DNA of 64,000 nt from Polyangia bacterium (GCA_036263495.1 DATAGU010000153.1:4611-68610), one strand, 5' to 3'; counted from the stretch's first letter, positions 1 through 10,139 are shown. The notes: generated by a model not told the origin, from the sequence alone. Program-made: numbers and translations.

Positions 1-740
1 CGTCGCCCCACTCGTTGGCGTAGCGCGAGGTGGTGTACGAGGGCGAGAAGGCGCCGAGGTAGTTGCCGTCGGGGCCGAGGTGGTTGTAGACGACGTCGAG
101 GAGGACGGCGAGGCCGAGGCCGTGGGCGCGGTCGACGAAGCGGCGCATGTCGTCGGGCGTGCCGTAGAGGTGGTAGGGGGCGTAGAGGTCGACGCCGTCG
201 TAGCCCCAGCCGAAGCGGCCGGGGAACTCGGCCACGGGCAAGACCTCGAGGGCGGTGACGCCGAGGTCCACGAGGTCGCCCAGGCGCTCGGTCGCCGCCT
301 GCCAGGTGCCCTCGGGGGTGAAGGTGCCGATGTGCAGCTCGTAGAACACCTGCCCGCGCAGCTCGGCGCCGCGCCAGGCCCGATCCGCGTCGCTCCATGG
401 ATAGCTGTACGGATCGACGACCTCCGAGGGGCCGTGCGGACCCTCGGGCTGGAAGCGGGAGGCCGGGTCGGGGTAGAGGGTGGGCTCGTTGTCGAGCCGG
501 AGGCGGTAGCGGGTGCCGGCGCGCAGGCTCGGGACGAGACCCGAGAAGTAGCCGCGCGCGCTCTGTTCGGGCTCGAGCCGGATCGGGCGTGGGGCGCCCT
601 CGATGACCATCTCCACGGTCGTGCGCCGGGGCGCCCACACCCGGATATGGGCCCCGCCCTCGGTGAGCGGCAGGGTTCGCGGGGGGATGAGCTCCACCCC
701 GATAGGCAGCCTCCTCTTCCAGATCGGCGCAGGGGATGTC
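1..740 (-). CDS. treZ: Malto-oligosyltrehalose trehalohydrolase (GH13), 5' two-thirds missing past the left edge; N-terminus at ~738-740
   Basis: Reverse-strand translation gives MTSPAPIWKRRLPIGVELIPPRTL...FYELHIGTFTPEGTW...LPVAEFPGRFGWGYDGVDLYAPYHLYGTPDDMRRFVDRAHGLGLAVLLDVVYNHLGPDGNYL, matching the TreZ N-terminal E-set domain and GH13 region I (VxNH). The ORF runs off position 1, which is why the ORF track does not list it. Confidence 0.8.
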
Positions 741-1054
741 ATGGACAGGCGTATAGGCTTGCACCCCGACCCCGCAAGCCACGCCCGCGGGAGGTGCCGA
801 GAACCATGGGACTGCGCGTCAGCCGGCCTGGCGCGCCACCCGCAGGGCTGCCCATGCGGAACCGAGGACGAGCAGACCGGCGGGGTGTATGTCCAACTCG
901 ATAGCCGGAGGAGGCGGCGCTACGGCCCGCGAGGTGTTAGGGGAGGCGCATGACGTCGAGGCGCTCATCGGCAGCTTCCCAAAAAACCGGCGTGGGAAAC
1001 CCTCTCCCACGCCGCCCGGCAGGACAGCGACCGATGCCGCTCGACGACAGCTGG

Positions 1055-1520
1055 TTATGGGTAGGCCGGGGTCTGTTCCCACAGGCGCGAGTTGAGCGCC
1101 TGGACGACCCACGCGAGGTGACGCTGCTCGTCGCCGTAGTTGCGCTGGATCACCTGCAGCACATCGGTCGGGAAGTCGAGGTTCGAGCGGTTGGCGTACT
1201 GCTTGTTGAGGACCTCTTCGTTGCTGCGCATGGCGCGCAGCGTGGCCTCGGTGCCGACCAGGCCGGCGACCTTGGTCATGGTCTTGCGCACGACGCCGCG
1301 CAGGCCCGGCATCTCCGGTGGGTCGCCGCCGAAGCGGCGCACCAGGGCCGAGAGGTCGGTGATGTGGCGCTCGTGGTCACCGCGGAAGGCGATGAGCTGC
1401 TGGCGGATGTGCGTCTCGGTGATGGCGTCGATGGCCTCGTTGTAGGCGCCGACGGCGTCGTAGTCGAAGCGGATGAGGTCGTTGCATTCGTCGATGATCT
1501 TGTCGGTGGACAGCGCCATG
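1055..1520 (-). CDS. PA2169-family four-helix-bundle (ferritin-like, DUF2383-type) protein
   Basis: Internal start MALSTDKIIDECNDLIRFDYDAVGAYNEAIDAITE... preceded by GGAGG at a 6-nt spacing. The long upstream extension of ORF 1055..2071 is low-complexity and probably not translated. Confidence 0.55.
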
Positions 1521-1699
1521 AAATGCCTCCGGGCTCGAGTCTGTGCGTTTTGCCCCCCCGGAGGCTTGATGTGCGCCGCGTGCGGGCGGGTGCAATCGTC
1601 GCTGGCGCGTTTTTCCTGAGGTGGTGGCTGGGGCCTGGGTGGGCATCGGCCGTGCACAGGGTCGATCGAGCCGTCTTCGGCGGCGAAAGGAGGCCCTGT

Positions 1700-2221
1700 A
1701 TGCGAGATCGCTCTACGTCCGCGGTGCGGCGCGCCGTGGTGCGCGCCGGCCTGGTCTTTGGCCTGGGGATCGGTGGTTTCCTCGACGGCATCGTCTTGCA
1801 CATGCTGCTCCAGTGGCATCACCTCCTCTGCTTCGCCTGTCGGCCGGAGGCCACGGCCGCCGAGGTGCGGCGCAACGTGTACTTCGACGGCTGGTTCCAC
1901 GTGGGCACGCTGGCCCTCACGCTCGCCGGCGTGGCGCTCCTGTGGCGGGCGCTGCGGGCCCAGTTGAACCCGCCGCCGGTGCGCGTCTTCCTCGGCGCCT
2001 CCGTGGCGGGCTGGGGCCTCTTCAACTTGGTCGAGGGGATCATCGACCACGAGCTGCTCGGCATCCATCACGTGCGGCCCGGGCCGTATTACGTGGCGTG
2101 GGACATCGGCTTCCTCGTCGTGTCGGTGGTGATCATGGGGATCGGCTGGGCGATCGTTCGCGAGCGGCGCACCACCACCGTGCGCTGGGGCGCGCCCCAG
2201 CCGGCCGGGGCCAGGATCTGA
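1700..2221 (+). CDS. DUF2243-like integral membrane protein
   Basis: AAAGGAGG sits 6 nt before ATG 1700. Product MRDRSTSAVRRAVVRAGLVFGLGIGGFLDGIVLHMLLQWHH... has about 4 predicted TM helices. It is the tail of ORF 950..2221, whose 5' part is antisense to the previous gene. Confidence 0.55.
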   Translation: MRDRSTSAVRRAVVRAGLVFGLGIGGFLDGIVLHMLLQWHHLLCFACRPEATAAEVRRNVYFDGWFHVGTLALTLAGVALLWRALRAQLNPPPVRVFLGASVAGWGLFNLVEGIIDHELLGIHHVRPGPYYVAWDIGFLVVSVVIMGIGWAIVRERRTTTVRWGAPQPAGARI

Positions 2222-2237
2222 TCCTCTCCACTATATA

Positions 2238-2270
2238 AAGAGGGCGCCCCCACCCGGAGGCGCCCTCCTT
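2238..2270. terminator. Bidirectional hairpin between convergent genes
   Basis: GAGGGCGCC(2240-2248)/GGCGCCCTC(2259-2267) is a 9-bp GC stem with a 10-nt loop, flanked by TATATAAA on one side and CTTGTTCC on the other. Confidence 0.45.
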
Positions 2271-2292
2271 GTTCCTGGGCTCCTATGTCCGA

Positions 2293-2952
2293 CTACCGGT
2301 TATTGCCCGTGTCGTTGCCGGTGCCCGACGTGCCGAGGTTGCCGCCACCCTGCACGTTGCGGTGCGCCTTCTTGTGGCGGCCCTGCCGCTTGATGCTGTG
2401 GCGGTGGTGACGCACGCTGCCCTGCGCGCCGAAGCGGCTACCGGTGTCGGAGCGGCCCTGCACGTTGCCCTGGCCCTGGGACCCCTGCATGTTGCCCTGG
2501 CCCTGGGACCCCTGCACGTTGCCCCGATCCTGAGAGCCACCGAGGGTGGATCCGGCGGTACCCTGCTGGCTGCCGGTATTTCCTCCCAGCGTGTCTTGTC
2601 CGGTGCCGGTGGTGCCGCGCTGCTCCGTGCCACCCAGGTTGCCCGGGGTGCCTTGGTTGCCCTGCGCACCGAGGTTGCCCTGCGTACCCTGGCTGCCCTG
2701 CGCGCCCTGATGGCCGGTGTCACCCGTGCGGGGACCGACGAGGGTGCCGCGGGGCTCGGTGCCGAAGCTCGACGAATCCTGGGTGGCCTGGCGGTCAGGG
2801 TTCCAGGGGCCTCCGGCCTTGCTGCCGGGCTGGGTGGGCATGGTGCCCTGGCCCGTGACGCCGGCGCCGGACTGCGCCAGCGCGCTCGCCGACCAGGTGA
2901 GGCTGGCGGCCAAGAGTCCCGTCTGGATAAGACGCCCGATCGTTCGCGTCAT
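2293..2952 (-). CDS. Secreted Gly/Gln/Thr-rich low-complexity repeat protein
   Basis: N-terminal signal peptide (MTRTIGRLIQTGLLAASLTWSASALAQS), then GxQG-type repeats (QGSQGQGNMQGSQGQGNVQG) and a basic His-rich C-terminus. Confidence 0.45.
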   Translation of the reverse strand: MTRTIGRLIQTGLLAASLTWSASALAQSGAGVTGQGTMPTQPGSKAGGPWNPDRQATQDSSSFGTEPRGTLVGPRTGDTGHQGAQGSQGTQGNLGAQGNQGTPGNLGGTEQRGTTGTGQDTLGGNTGSQQGTAGSTLGGSQDRGNVQGSQGQGNMQGSQGQGNVQGRSDTGSRFGAQGSVRHHRHSIKRQGRHKKAHRNVQGGGNLGTSGTGNDTGNNR

Positions 2953-3078
2953 GTTCTTCTCCTTGAAGATGGATCGCCCGTCTGCATGTCCCGGGCTGGT
3001 TATTCCCCCCGACGCCGGAACTCATTTGCATGGGCCATTCCAGCCGCAGCGAGCCGCGGGGTGAGGCGCGCGCCGTCG

Positions 3079-3534
3079 TCAGACGCGCTGCTCTGCGCCA
3101 CTCTCCTGCAGGAGCTGATCGAACCGCTCCTTGAGCTCCCTGCCGAGGTCGTCGAGCATGTCGTTGGTCCACAGGCTCTCGACCCGCGGCAGGAGCTCCT
3201 GCTCCTCGATGCCGACGTGCTCGAGCACGAGCTGCTCGACGCGGTCGAGGAGGTCGATGAGCGAGGGATCGCCAGGGTCCGCGGTCTCGACGTCGCGCAG
3301 CGCCAGCACCGCCTGCTGGTGCTGATCGAAGCTCGTCGAGATGAGGTCCTCGAAGCCCTCCTTGTGTTCGAACCGCGGATAGAAGAGCTCCTCCTCGATG
3401 GTGTTGTGGCTGCGCAGCATCTGGGCCAGCTGGTTGCAGAGCTGCCGCTGCTCGTCGCCCTCCGTGTCCCGGATCTGCTGGAACAGCGCCTTCACTTCGT
3501 TGTGTTGCCTGCGAAGTAGATCGGTGGCCTTCAT
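3079..3534 (-). CDS. Hemerythrin HHE cation-binding domain protein
   Basis: 151 aa; LRSHNTIEEELFYPRFEHKEG... with H/E spacing typical of hemerythrin-like domains. Confidence 0.75.
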   Translation of the reverse strand: MKATDLLRRQHNEVKALFQQIRDTEGDEQRQLCNQLAQMLRSHNTIEEELFYPRFEHKEGFEDLISTSFDQHQQAVLALRDVETADPGDPSLIDLLDRVEQLVLEHVGIEEQELLPRVESLWTNDMLDDLGRELKERFDQLLQESGAEQRV

Positions 3535-3769
3535 CCCGTCCTCCTCGGGGGCCTGCCCTGCCGGAACTGCTCCGGATCGCCCCCACGCTCGGGAGAAGCA
3601 AGGAGGATTCCATCAGGGAGAACGACCCGGAGCGAGGAGACGCGCCGGTCCCCGGGCCTCGATCGCCGGCCGGCACGGGCGCGGGGGCGGGCATCTTTTG
3701 GCGAGCCCCGAGGGCCCGTGTTATCCGTCAGTCCGGGTCCGGACGGACCGGACCAAGGAGGCTGCTCCG

Positions 3770-4906
3770 ATGAGCGCCCAAAGACCCGGAATGCCACCGC
3801 GGATGCCGCCGGTGGCCGCGGCCCGCATGGTGGAAGGGGCGGCCTCGGCGCTCGACGCCCTGAAGACGAGGCTCCTCCCGGCCCCCGCCATCATGGGCAC
3901 CGTCCTCTCGGGCGGGATGATCCTGGCGCGCTGCGTGTCCGCGGCGGCCGAGCTGCGCGTGGCCGATCACCTCGCCGAAGGCCCGCGCGACGTCGAGGAG
4001 CTCGCGCGCCTGTGCGACTGCAACGTGGACGCGCTCTATCGCTTCCTGCGGGCGCTCGCGGGCCACGGCATCTTCGAGGAGCTCGACGGGCGGCGCTTCC
4101 AGCTCAACCGGCTGAGCGAGTGTCTGCGCAGCGACGTGCCCATGTCGCTGCGTGGCTGGGCGCACTACGCCGGGGTGGAGTGGTACTGGCAGCTGTGGGG
4201 CTCGTTCGTGGGCACGCTGCGCAACGGCAAGACCGTGCACGAGAACCTGCACGAGCGGCGGTTCTTCGAATGGTACGAGGAGAACCCCGAGTACGCCGAG
4301 GTGTTCGACGAGGCGATGAGCAGCTTCTCGCGGGTCGCCAACCCGGCCATCGTGGCGGGCTACGACTTCGCGGCGCTCGAGACCCTGGTCGACGTGGGCG
4401 GCGGTCAGGGCAGCCTGCTCGGCACCATCCTGCACGCGTGTCCCCGGCTGCGCGGCACGCTGTTCGACCAGCCGCAGGTGATCGAAAAAGCGCGCCTGGC
4501 GGCCGACCTCGCGGATCCGGCGGTGGCGGAGCGCTGCGAGTTCGTGACCGGCTCGTTCTTCGACGAGCTGCCGCCCGGGCGCGACGCCTACCTGTTCAAG
4601 TGGATCCTGCACGACTGGACCGACGACGAGGTGCGGCGCATCCTGCGCAACTGCCGGCGGGCCATGGCGCAGGGCGGTCCGGGAGGGGGCCGGGGGCGGC
4701 GCCTCCTCGTGGTGGAGATGCTCATCGAGCCGGGCAACCGGCCGTCGCCGGCCAAGCTGCTCGATATCGCGATGTTGGCGCTCACCGGGGGGCGCGAGCG
4801 CACGGCCGCGGAGTTCCGCGCGCTCTTCGAGGAGACGGGCTTCCTCCTGCAGGGGATCCATCCCACGGTGTCGCCCTACAGCGTGATCGAGGCCATCGCG
4901 GTGTGA
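3770..4906 (+). CDS. Class I SAM-dependent O-methyltransferase (COMT-like, with N-terminal dimerisation domain)
   Basis: AAGGAGG sits 8 nt upstream of ATG 3770. LVDVGGGQGSLLG is the SAM glycine-rich motif, and the C-terminal LFKWILHDWTDDE block is typical of plant/bacterial OMT family 2. Confidence 0.85.
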   Translation: MSAQRPGMPPRMPPVAAARMVEGAASALDALKTRLLPAPAIMGTVLSGGMILARCVSAAAELRVADHLAEGPRDVEELARLCDCNVDALYRFLRALAGHGIFEELDGRRFQLNRLSECLRSDVPMSLRGWAHYAGVEWYWQLWGSFVGTLRNGKTVHENLHERRFFEWYEENPEYAEVFDEAMSSFSRVANPAIVAGYDFAALETLVDVGGGQGSLLGTILHACPRLRGTLFDQPQVIEKARLAADLADPAVAERCEFVTGSFFDELPPGRDAYLFKWILHDWTDDEVRRILRNCRRAMAQGGPGGGRGRRLLVVEMLIEPGNRPSPAKLLDIAMLALTGGRERTAAEFRALFEETGFLLQGIHPTVSPYSVIEAIAV

Positions 4907-4976
4907 CGCCGGGACGCGGCCGGGGGCGGCCAGGGCCAGGCCCGCCGCGGCGCGGCCCTGTGCTATCTTCCGCGCC

Positions 4977-5348
4977 ATGGCCAAGGAGTACAAATGTCCG
5001 GCGTGCAAGAACGACGTCGATCGTGGGGCGGTGATCTGTTCCAACCCTGAATGCCGTAAGTCGCTCGCCTTCTGTTCCTATTGTCGCGACGTCACCACCT
5101 ACGCGCTGGTGGAGAAGGCGTCGGGCGCGCTCGGGCGCGACAAGTTCCGTTGCGACCGCTGCCAGCAGCTCGGCGTGCGCTGCCTGACCTGGGCGGCGGG
5201 CGGCTACTGCAACGGCCTGGCGAGCGCCAACGAGCGCTCCCGCGCGCTGTGCGCCAACTGCAACGCGCGTCTCTCCGACTTCAGCCGCTCGGTGGCGAGC
5301 TGGACCCTCATCGGCGCGCTCGGCGGTCTCGTCCGGCGCAAGCACTGA
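4977..5348 (+). CDS. Cys-rich (14 Cys) zinc-ribbon-like hypothetical protein
   Basis: Multiple CxxC / CxxxxC pairs: CPACKN, CSNPEC, CSYC, CDRC, CANC. Confidence 0.45.
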   Translation: MAKEYKCPACKNDVDRGAVICSNPECRKSLAFCSYCRDVTTYALVEKASGALGRDKFRCDRCQQLGVRCLTWAAGGYCNGLASANERSRALCANCNARLSDFSRSVASWTLIGALGGLVRRKH

Positions 5349-5352
5349 TCTT

Positions 5353-6333
5353 GTGATCATGGCGATCAAGACCGAGCTCGACCTCGGGGCGCTCGGCCAC
5401 CTGCTCGCGCCGCTCGATCTGCGCCCGCGTCGCCTGCGAGGGCTCGAGGAGGGGACGGTCAATTCCAACTACCGCGTGGAGACCGACGGCGGGCCGGTGT
5501 TCGTGCGGATCAACGAGGGTAAGTCCGAGTCCGACGTGGGCTACGAGGCGGCGCTCCTCTGGCACCTCGGGGTGCGCCGGTTCCCGACGCCGCAGCCGCT
5601 GCGCCGCGTGGACGGCGTGCCGTTTCTCCTCTATCAGGGCAAGCCGGTGACGGTGTTCCCGTGGGTCCTGGGGCGGCACGTCGACGAGGCCCACATCACC
5701 CGCTCGCACACCATCCAGGTGGGCCAGGTGCTCGGCGAGCTGCACCGCGCCACGGCGAGCTTTCGCCGGCGGCGCGACGGGATCTACACGTTCGACCACA
5801 TCGTCAAGCGGGTGGAGGGGATGCGGGGGGAGCCGCGGGTCGCCGAGGTGCTGCCGATCCTGGACGAGGAGATCACATACCTCGAGCAGGCGCGCGCCAA
5901 GGGTCTGCCGGCGGGCACGATCCACGGCGACCTGTTCCCGGACAACGTGCTCTGGCGCCACGGTCGGGTGTCCGCGGTGCTCGACTTCGAGCAGGCGTCC
6001 TTTGGCAGCCTGGTCTACGACCTGGCGGTGACGATCCTCTCCTGGTGCTGGAATGGCGCGGACCTCGACGACGCGCGCGCGCAGGGGATGGTGCTCGGGT
6101 ACGAGCGGGCGCGGCCGCTCGAGCGGGTGGAGCGGGAGGCGCTGTTCGACGAGGCCCGCATGGCGGCGCTGCGGTTCACGGTGACCCGGCTGACGGATGT
6201 GTTCCTGCCCGCGCTGCCCGGCGCCGAGCGGCTCGGCAAAGACTACCGCGACTACCTCGCCCGGCTCGAACGGCTGCGCACGAGCCTGCCGGGCCGGGTG
6301 CACGCCTGGTTCGCGGCCTCGCCGCCCGGCTGA
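5353..6333 (+). CDS. Phosphotransferase of the homoserine kinase type II / APH family
   Basis: GTVNSNYRVETD nucleotide-binding brace, HGDLFPDNVLW catalytic motif and DFE metal site. Confidence 0.7.
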   Translation: MIMAIKTELDLGALGHLLAPLDLRPRRLRGLEEGTVNSNYRVETDGGPVFVRINEGKSESDVGYEAALLWHLGVRRFPTPQPLRRVDGVPFLLYQGKPVTVFPWVLGRHVDEAHITRSHTIQVGQVLGELHRATASFRRRRDGIYTFDHIVKRVEGMRGEPRVAEVLPILDEEITYLEQARAKGLPAGTIHGDLFPDNVLWRHGRVSAVLDFEQASFGSLVYDLAVTILSWCWNGADLDDARAQGMVLGYERARPLERVEREALFDEARMAALRFTVTRLTDVFLPALPGAERLGKDYRDYLARLERLRTSLPGRVHAWFAASPPG

Positions 6334-6405
6334 GGCCGGGCAGGTCGTGGTCTGCGGGAATAAGGGTGGGCGGTCGCGATTTTGATCCTGACTGGAGGTC
6401 CTAGG

Positions 6406-6882
6406 ATGAAGTTCCCCAAGCTCCTATCTTCCCTGCTGCTCTTCGTGGCCCTGCCGGCCTGTGGTCACATCCAGACGATCCCGGGCACCACGGTGCAGGA
6501 TAACCGGCTCAATCGGCATCTCATCGAGGTGATGGAGGAGTACCGGACGGCGCTCGAGTCGCGGGATCCGGTGCGGCTGCTCGCCCTGGCCCACCCGCAG
6601 TACTTCGAGGACTCGGGCACGGTCAAGACCGATGACGATTACGGCTACGATGGTCTCAAGCGGGTCTTGGAGACCCGCCTCGCGGCCGTGCGCACGCTCC
6701 ATTACAACATCGAGTACCGCCGCATCCAGGTGACGGGGACGCGCGCGCAGGTGGACATCCGCTACGACGCCACGCTCCAGATGGCCACCGCCCTCGGCGA
6801 CCGCTGGGAGCGCAAACAGAACGACAAGCGCATCGAGCTCGAGCGCGAGGGCGAGCGCTGGCTCATCATCTCCGGCATGTGA
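6406..6882 (+). CDS. Small lipoprotein of unknown function
   Basis: GGAGG precedes ATG 6406. MKFPKLLSSLLLFVALPACG has a lipobox (LPAC). Confidence 0.55.
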   Translation: MKFPKLLSSLLLFVALPACGHIQTIPGTTVQDNRLNRHLIEVMEEYRTALESRDPVRLLALAHPQYFEDSGTVKTDDDYGYDGLKRVLETRLAAVRTLHYNIEYRRIQVTGTRAQVDIRYDATLQMATALGDRWERKQNDKRIELEREGERWLIISGM

Positions 6883-6911
6883 GTCGCTAGACCCCCAGGG
6901 CTGGAGCGGAC

Positions 6912-7961
6912 ATGAGTGAGCCCATCTTTTCCGAACCGGGGGCCGAACCGGCCGAACCGGGGGCCGAACCGGCCGCCGATTCGGCCCCCGCGGCAGGGCC
7001 TCCTTCGCCGCCGCCGCCGCCCTTCGACAATCCCGCCTGGGAGGGCAAATACCATGAGGAGCTCGAGCTCCTCCTGAACCCGCGGCAGCTCGGGGACAAG
7101 ACCCTCCTCCTCCTCGTCACGCTCGCGCTCTTCGTGGCGTCGTCCTGGGTCTCCGACCTCGAGACCTCGATGCGCAAGCTGCTCCTCCTCGTCGGCGTGC
7201 TGTTCTTCCATGAGGCGGGGCATTGGATCGGCATGCGCGCGTTCGGCTATCGCGACGTGCGCATGTTCTTCATCCCCTTCTTCGGCGCCGCCGTGTCGGG
7301 CGCGCGGGCCGGCGCCGCGGGGTGGAAGGAGGCCGTGGTGCTGCTGCTCGGGCCGCTGCCCGGGATCTGCGTCGGCCTCGGGTTCGCGGTCCATCAGGTG
7401 GTGGGCGGCGATCTATCGTCCTGGATGCGGGAGCTCGCCCTGTACCTCCTCTTCGTCAACGGGCTGAACCTGCTCCCGCTCGCCCCGCTGGATGGGGGGC
7501 GGCTCTTCCAGCTGGTCTTGTTCTCACGGCAGCGGCACCTCGAGATCGCCTTCATGGCGCTCGGCGCGCTGGCCCTCCTGGTCGGCGGGCTCCTCACGTC
7601 GAGCTGGGTCCTGGCGATCTTCGGCTTCTTCCTCCTGCGCGGGCTGCCGCACATGTGGCGCCTCATCCGTGAGGCGGCGCGGCTGCGCGAGCGTTTTCCC
7701 GGGCTCCCGGCCGAGGCTCATCTCCTCGGTGACGAGGAGTGCCGCGCGCTCTTTTTAGCGGCGCGCGACGTCCTGCCCGAGCAGCTCCTGCCCCGGCGAG
7801 GGGCGATGGCGCCCACCATGGCCAACATCCTCGAGCGCACGTCGCAGCACCCGCCCGGGTGGTTGGCGTCGCTCGGGATCCTGCTCGTGTGGGGCGTGGC
7901 CTTGCTGGTGATGCTGGGGAGCGCGGCGATCATCGTCGCCCACTCGCCCGCCGCCGCGTAG
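6912..7961 (+). CDS. Site-2 protease family (peptidase M50) membrane metalloprotease
   Basis: HEAGHW (HExxH) and NLLPLAPLDGG (LDG) motifs, multiple TM segments, Pro/Ala-rich N-terminus. Confidence 0.8.
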   Translation: MSEPIFSEPGAEPAEPGAEPAADSAPAAGPPSPPPPPFDNPAWEGKYHEELELLLNPRQLGDKTLLLLVTLALFVASSWVSDLETSMRKLLLLVGVLFFHEAGHWIGMRAFGYRDVRMFFIPFFGAAVSGARAGAAGWKEAVVLLLGPLPGICVGLGFAVHQVVGGDLSSWMRELALYLLFVNGLNLLPLAPLDGGRLFQLVLFSRQRHLEIAFMALGALALLVGGLLTSSWVLAIFGFFLLRGLPHMWRLIREAARLRERFPGLPAEAHLLGDEECRALFLAARDVLPEQLLPRRGAMAPTMANILERTSQHPPGWLASLGILLVWGVALLVMLGSAAIIVAHSPAAA

Positions 7962-7972
7962 CGCTTGGCGTC

Positions 7973-8899
7973 TCAGGGTTTGAGGATCCACAGGCGCGGA
8001 CCCACCCGGATGCGGAGGTGTCGCGCGCGGAACAGCTCGCCATCGAGGACATAGGTCTCGGGCGTGGGGAACTCGACGTCGAGCTCGCGCACCAGGCGGT
8101 CGATGTGCGGCTGGCCGGCGAGCGGCTGCCCCTGCACGACGCGATGGATCTGGAGCGCCATCTCGGTCGTGGGCAGCGAAGAGGCGATGAGGTGGAAGCG
8201 GTTGGGCTGGAGGTTCGCCTGCCAGGTGACCTTCATGCCGATGCCGACGTCGGGGATGACCGAGGCGAGGAGCAGCCGCACCTCCTCGAGCGGTAGGCGC
8301 TCGCCGTCGGAGAGCATGGTGCAGCGGCGGGGGGCGAAGAGCGAGCGCGCGAAGGACCCCTGGATGAACGCCGAGCCGAGTGTGCGCAGGGCCAGGATCG
8401 AGGCCCAGGTCATGCCGGGCCGGGGGCCGCTGTAGTAGCTCTCGATGAAGCGCGCGCCCATGCCGGCCGCGAGGAGGAAGCCGTACTGATCGTTGACCTC
8501 GATGAGGTCCTGGCCGATCTCGATGGGCGGGTGCCCGTTGCGCAGGCGGCCGACGATGCGCTCGAGGATCTGGTCGGGCGAGCCGAGGATGCGCAGGTTC
8601 TTGGCCGTGGTGTTGATGGTGCCGCCGCGCAGGAAGGCAAAGCGCGGCATGTGCTCTTTGCCGTAGCGGCGCACCACCTCGGTGATGGTCAGCTGGTTCG
8701 TGCCGTCGCCGCCGCAGGTGGCGATGATGTCGCAGCCCTGCTCGCGGAAGCGCTCCACCGCGGTTCCGAGCTCACCCGGCTGACGGGTCTCGATGACCTG
8801 GCCGATGCCGTCGACGAGGACCCGCAGGCGCGCGGCCAGGGCGGGAGAGCGGGCGCCGGCGGCGTTGGGGTTCAAGATGACGCCGATCACGGGGCGCAC
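7973..8899 (-). CDS. Diacylglycerol/lipid kinase catalytic-domain protein (YegS/DgkA-like)
   Basis: The GGDGT motif sits inside ...IIATCGGDGTNQL. Confidence 0.8.
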   Translation of the reverse strand: MRPVIGVILNPNAAGARSPALAARLRVLVDGIGQVIETRQPGELGTAVERFREQGCDIIATCGGDGTNQLTITEVVRRYGKEHMPRFAFLRGGTINTTAKNLRILGSPDQILERIVGRLRNGHPPIEIGQDLIEVNDQYGFLLAAGMGARFIESYYSGPRPGMTWASILALRTLGSAFIQGSFARSLFAPRRCTMLSDGERLPLEEVRLLLASVIPDVGIGMKVTWQANLQPNRFHLIASSLPTTEMALQIHRVVQGQPLAGQPHIDRLVRELDVEFPTPETYVLDGELFRARHLRIRVGPRLWILKP

Positions 8900-8951
8900 G
8901 ATAGCACCGCCGACGGTGGAGTGTGAGGTTTCCGTGTGCTAGCGTGCGCCC

Positions 8952-9356
8952 GTGATCAAGATCTGTCCGCAGTGCCGCAGCACCTGGGCCGGCGGGAGCT
9001 TCTGTGAGGAGTGCCGCGCCCCGCTCGTAGACCCCTTCGGGCCCAAGGCGCACGAGCTGCCCGAGGACGTGTGGCGCTACATCCGTCTCCAGTACGGGGC
9101 GCGTCGCGGCATGCTGGTGCGGGTGATGGCCGCCCTGCTCGGGCCGGTGGTGGGCCTCGTGCTCCTGCGCCGCGCGGTGCTCTTGCCCATGCCGTGGATG
9201 GCGGCGGGGATGATCGGGGCCATCGGCGCGGGTGTCCTCGTGTGGTGGACGCTGTATTGGTTGGCGGGGAAGGCCGTGCGTCTGTGGGTGCTGCGGCGCG
9301 GGCAGGTGCGCCGGGCACGGCTCGCGCGCGCTCTCCTCAAACGCGCGGTGCGCTAG
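8952..9356 (+). CDS. Zinc-ribbon membrane protein
   Basis: CPQC...CEEC at the N-terminus followed by two hydrophobic helices. The start is probably GTG at 8952. Confidence 0.45.
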   Translation: MIKICPQCRSTWAGGSFCEECRAPLVDPFGPKAHELPEDVWRYIRLQYGARRGMLVRVMAALLGPVVGLVLLRRAVLLPMPWMAAGMIGAIGAGVLVWWTLYWLAGKAVRLWVLRRGQVRRARLARALLKRAVR

Positions 9357-9577
9357 GACGTCGCGCTCGCTCGCCGGGCGAGCTCTCGCCGAGCCAGCAG
9401 GGGCGAGCTCGGGGGCTTACTCGGTTGTCGACAGGGCCAGGGCATCTGGGCCATGTTGGAGAGATACCGCCGATCACACGCATCGATGGGACCAGATGCG
9501 GGCGAAGCCCGCGGTGAGCGAAGGCAGGAAGGCCTGAGCGGATCATGCGTGTGAGCGGCGTTTCTCAGGAGGAGCCC

Positions 9578-10135
9578 ATGCGCGAGACCTTGCTCGGGAT
9601 ATTGACGCTCGCCATCTGCGGGAGCTGGGGGTGCGGACCGGGAAGCTTCAAGGGCACCGTGGAGGGCCGCGGACTGAAGGTCGCGGACGCCGTGTTCTAC
9701 GTGTCCCAGGGCAGCGACACCGCCCCGCCCCACATCGAGATCATCATCTCGGACCGCCCCGATCTCTGTGACGACCTGAAGGCGGGACGGCTGCGCAAGA
9801 ACTCGGCCCTCCTCGACATCCTCCTCGTGCGCCGGATCAACGGCGAGTACATGGCGCCGGACAAGGGGCCCTATGCGATCTCGGGCGACGCGGGCCGCAT
9901 CGGCAGCGCCATCTTCGCGCCCTTCGACGAGAGCTGCACGATCTCGCTGGACTCGAGCCAGGGCAGAGCGGCCAGCGGCACGGTGGACGTCCGTCAGCTG
10001 CAGGGAGACTCGGGGGGACGGCTCGAAGGGTCCTTTTCGATGGCGATCGGACAGCAGGCGGATCAGATCTCGGGCACCGTCCTGGCCACGTGGTGTGACC
10101 TGAGCGTCCAGCCGGATTCGTTCAGCTGCGAATAG
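9578..10135 (+). CDS. Secreted hypothetical protein
   Basis: AGGAG precedes ATG 9578. MRETLLGILTLAICGSWGCGPG is a signal peptide. The opposite-strand ORF 9353..10336 is judged an artefact. Confidence 0.5.
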   Translation: MRETLLGILTLAICGSWGCGPGSFKGTVEGRGLKVADAVFYVSQGSDTAPPHIEIIISDRPDLCDDLKAGRLRKNSALLDILLVRRINGEYMAPDKGPYAISGDAGRIGSAIFAPFDESCTISLDSSQGRAASGTVDVRQLQGDSGGRLEGSFSMAIGQQADQISGTVLATWCDLSVQPDSFSCE

Positions 10136-10139
10136 GGCG

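Noticed and set aside
80-904. 274-aa + strand ORF (and 397..606, 603..953)
   Set aside because: It is antisense to a clearly recognisable treZ coding region on the minus strand. The low-complexity Ala/Gly/Val/Arg translation is typical of wrong-frame ORFs in high-GC DNA.
950-2221. 423-aa ORF treated as one gene
   Set aside because: Only the last ~173 codons (DUF2243 membrane protein, with its own RBS) look genuine. The 5' part is antisense to the PA2169-family gene.
2269-5044. Long overlapping ORFs 2269..3519, 2795..3694, 3398..4906 (N-terminal part), 3718..5034, 3728..5044
   Set aside because: They overlap well-supported genes (Gly/Gln protein, hemerythrin, OMT) in other frames. Arg/Ala/Gly/Pro-rich compositions indicate GC-driven open frames.
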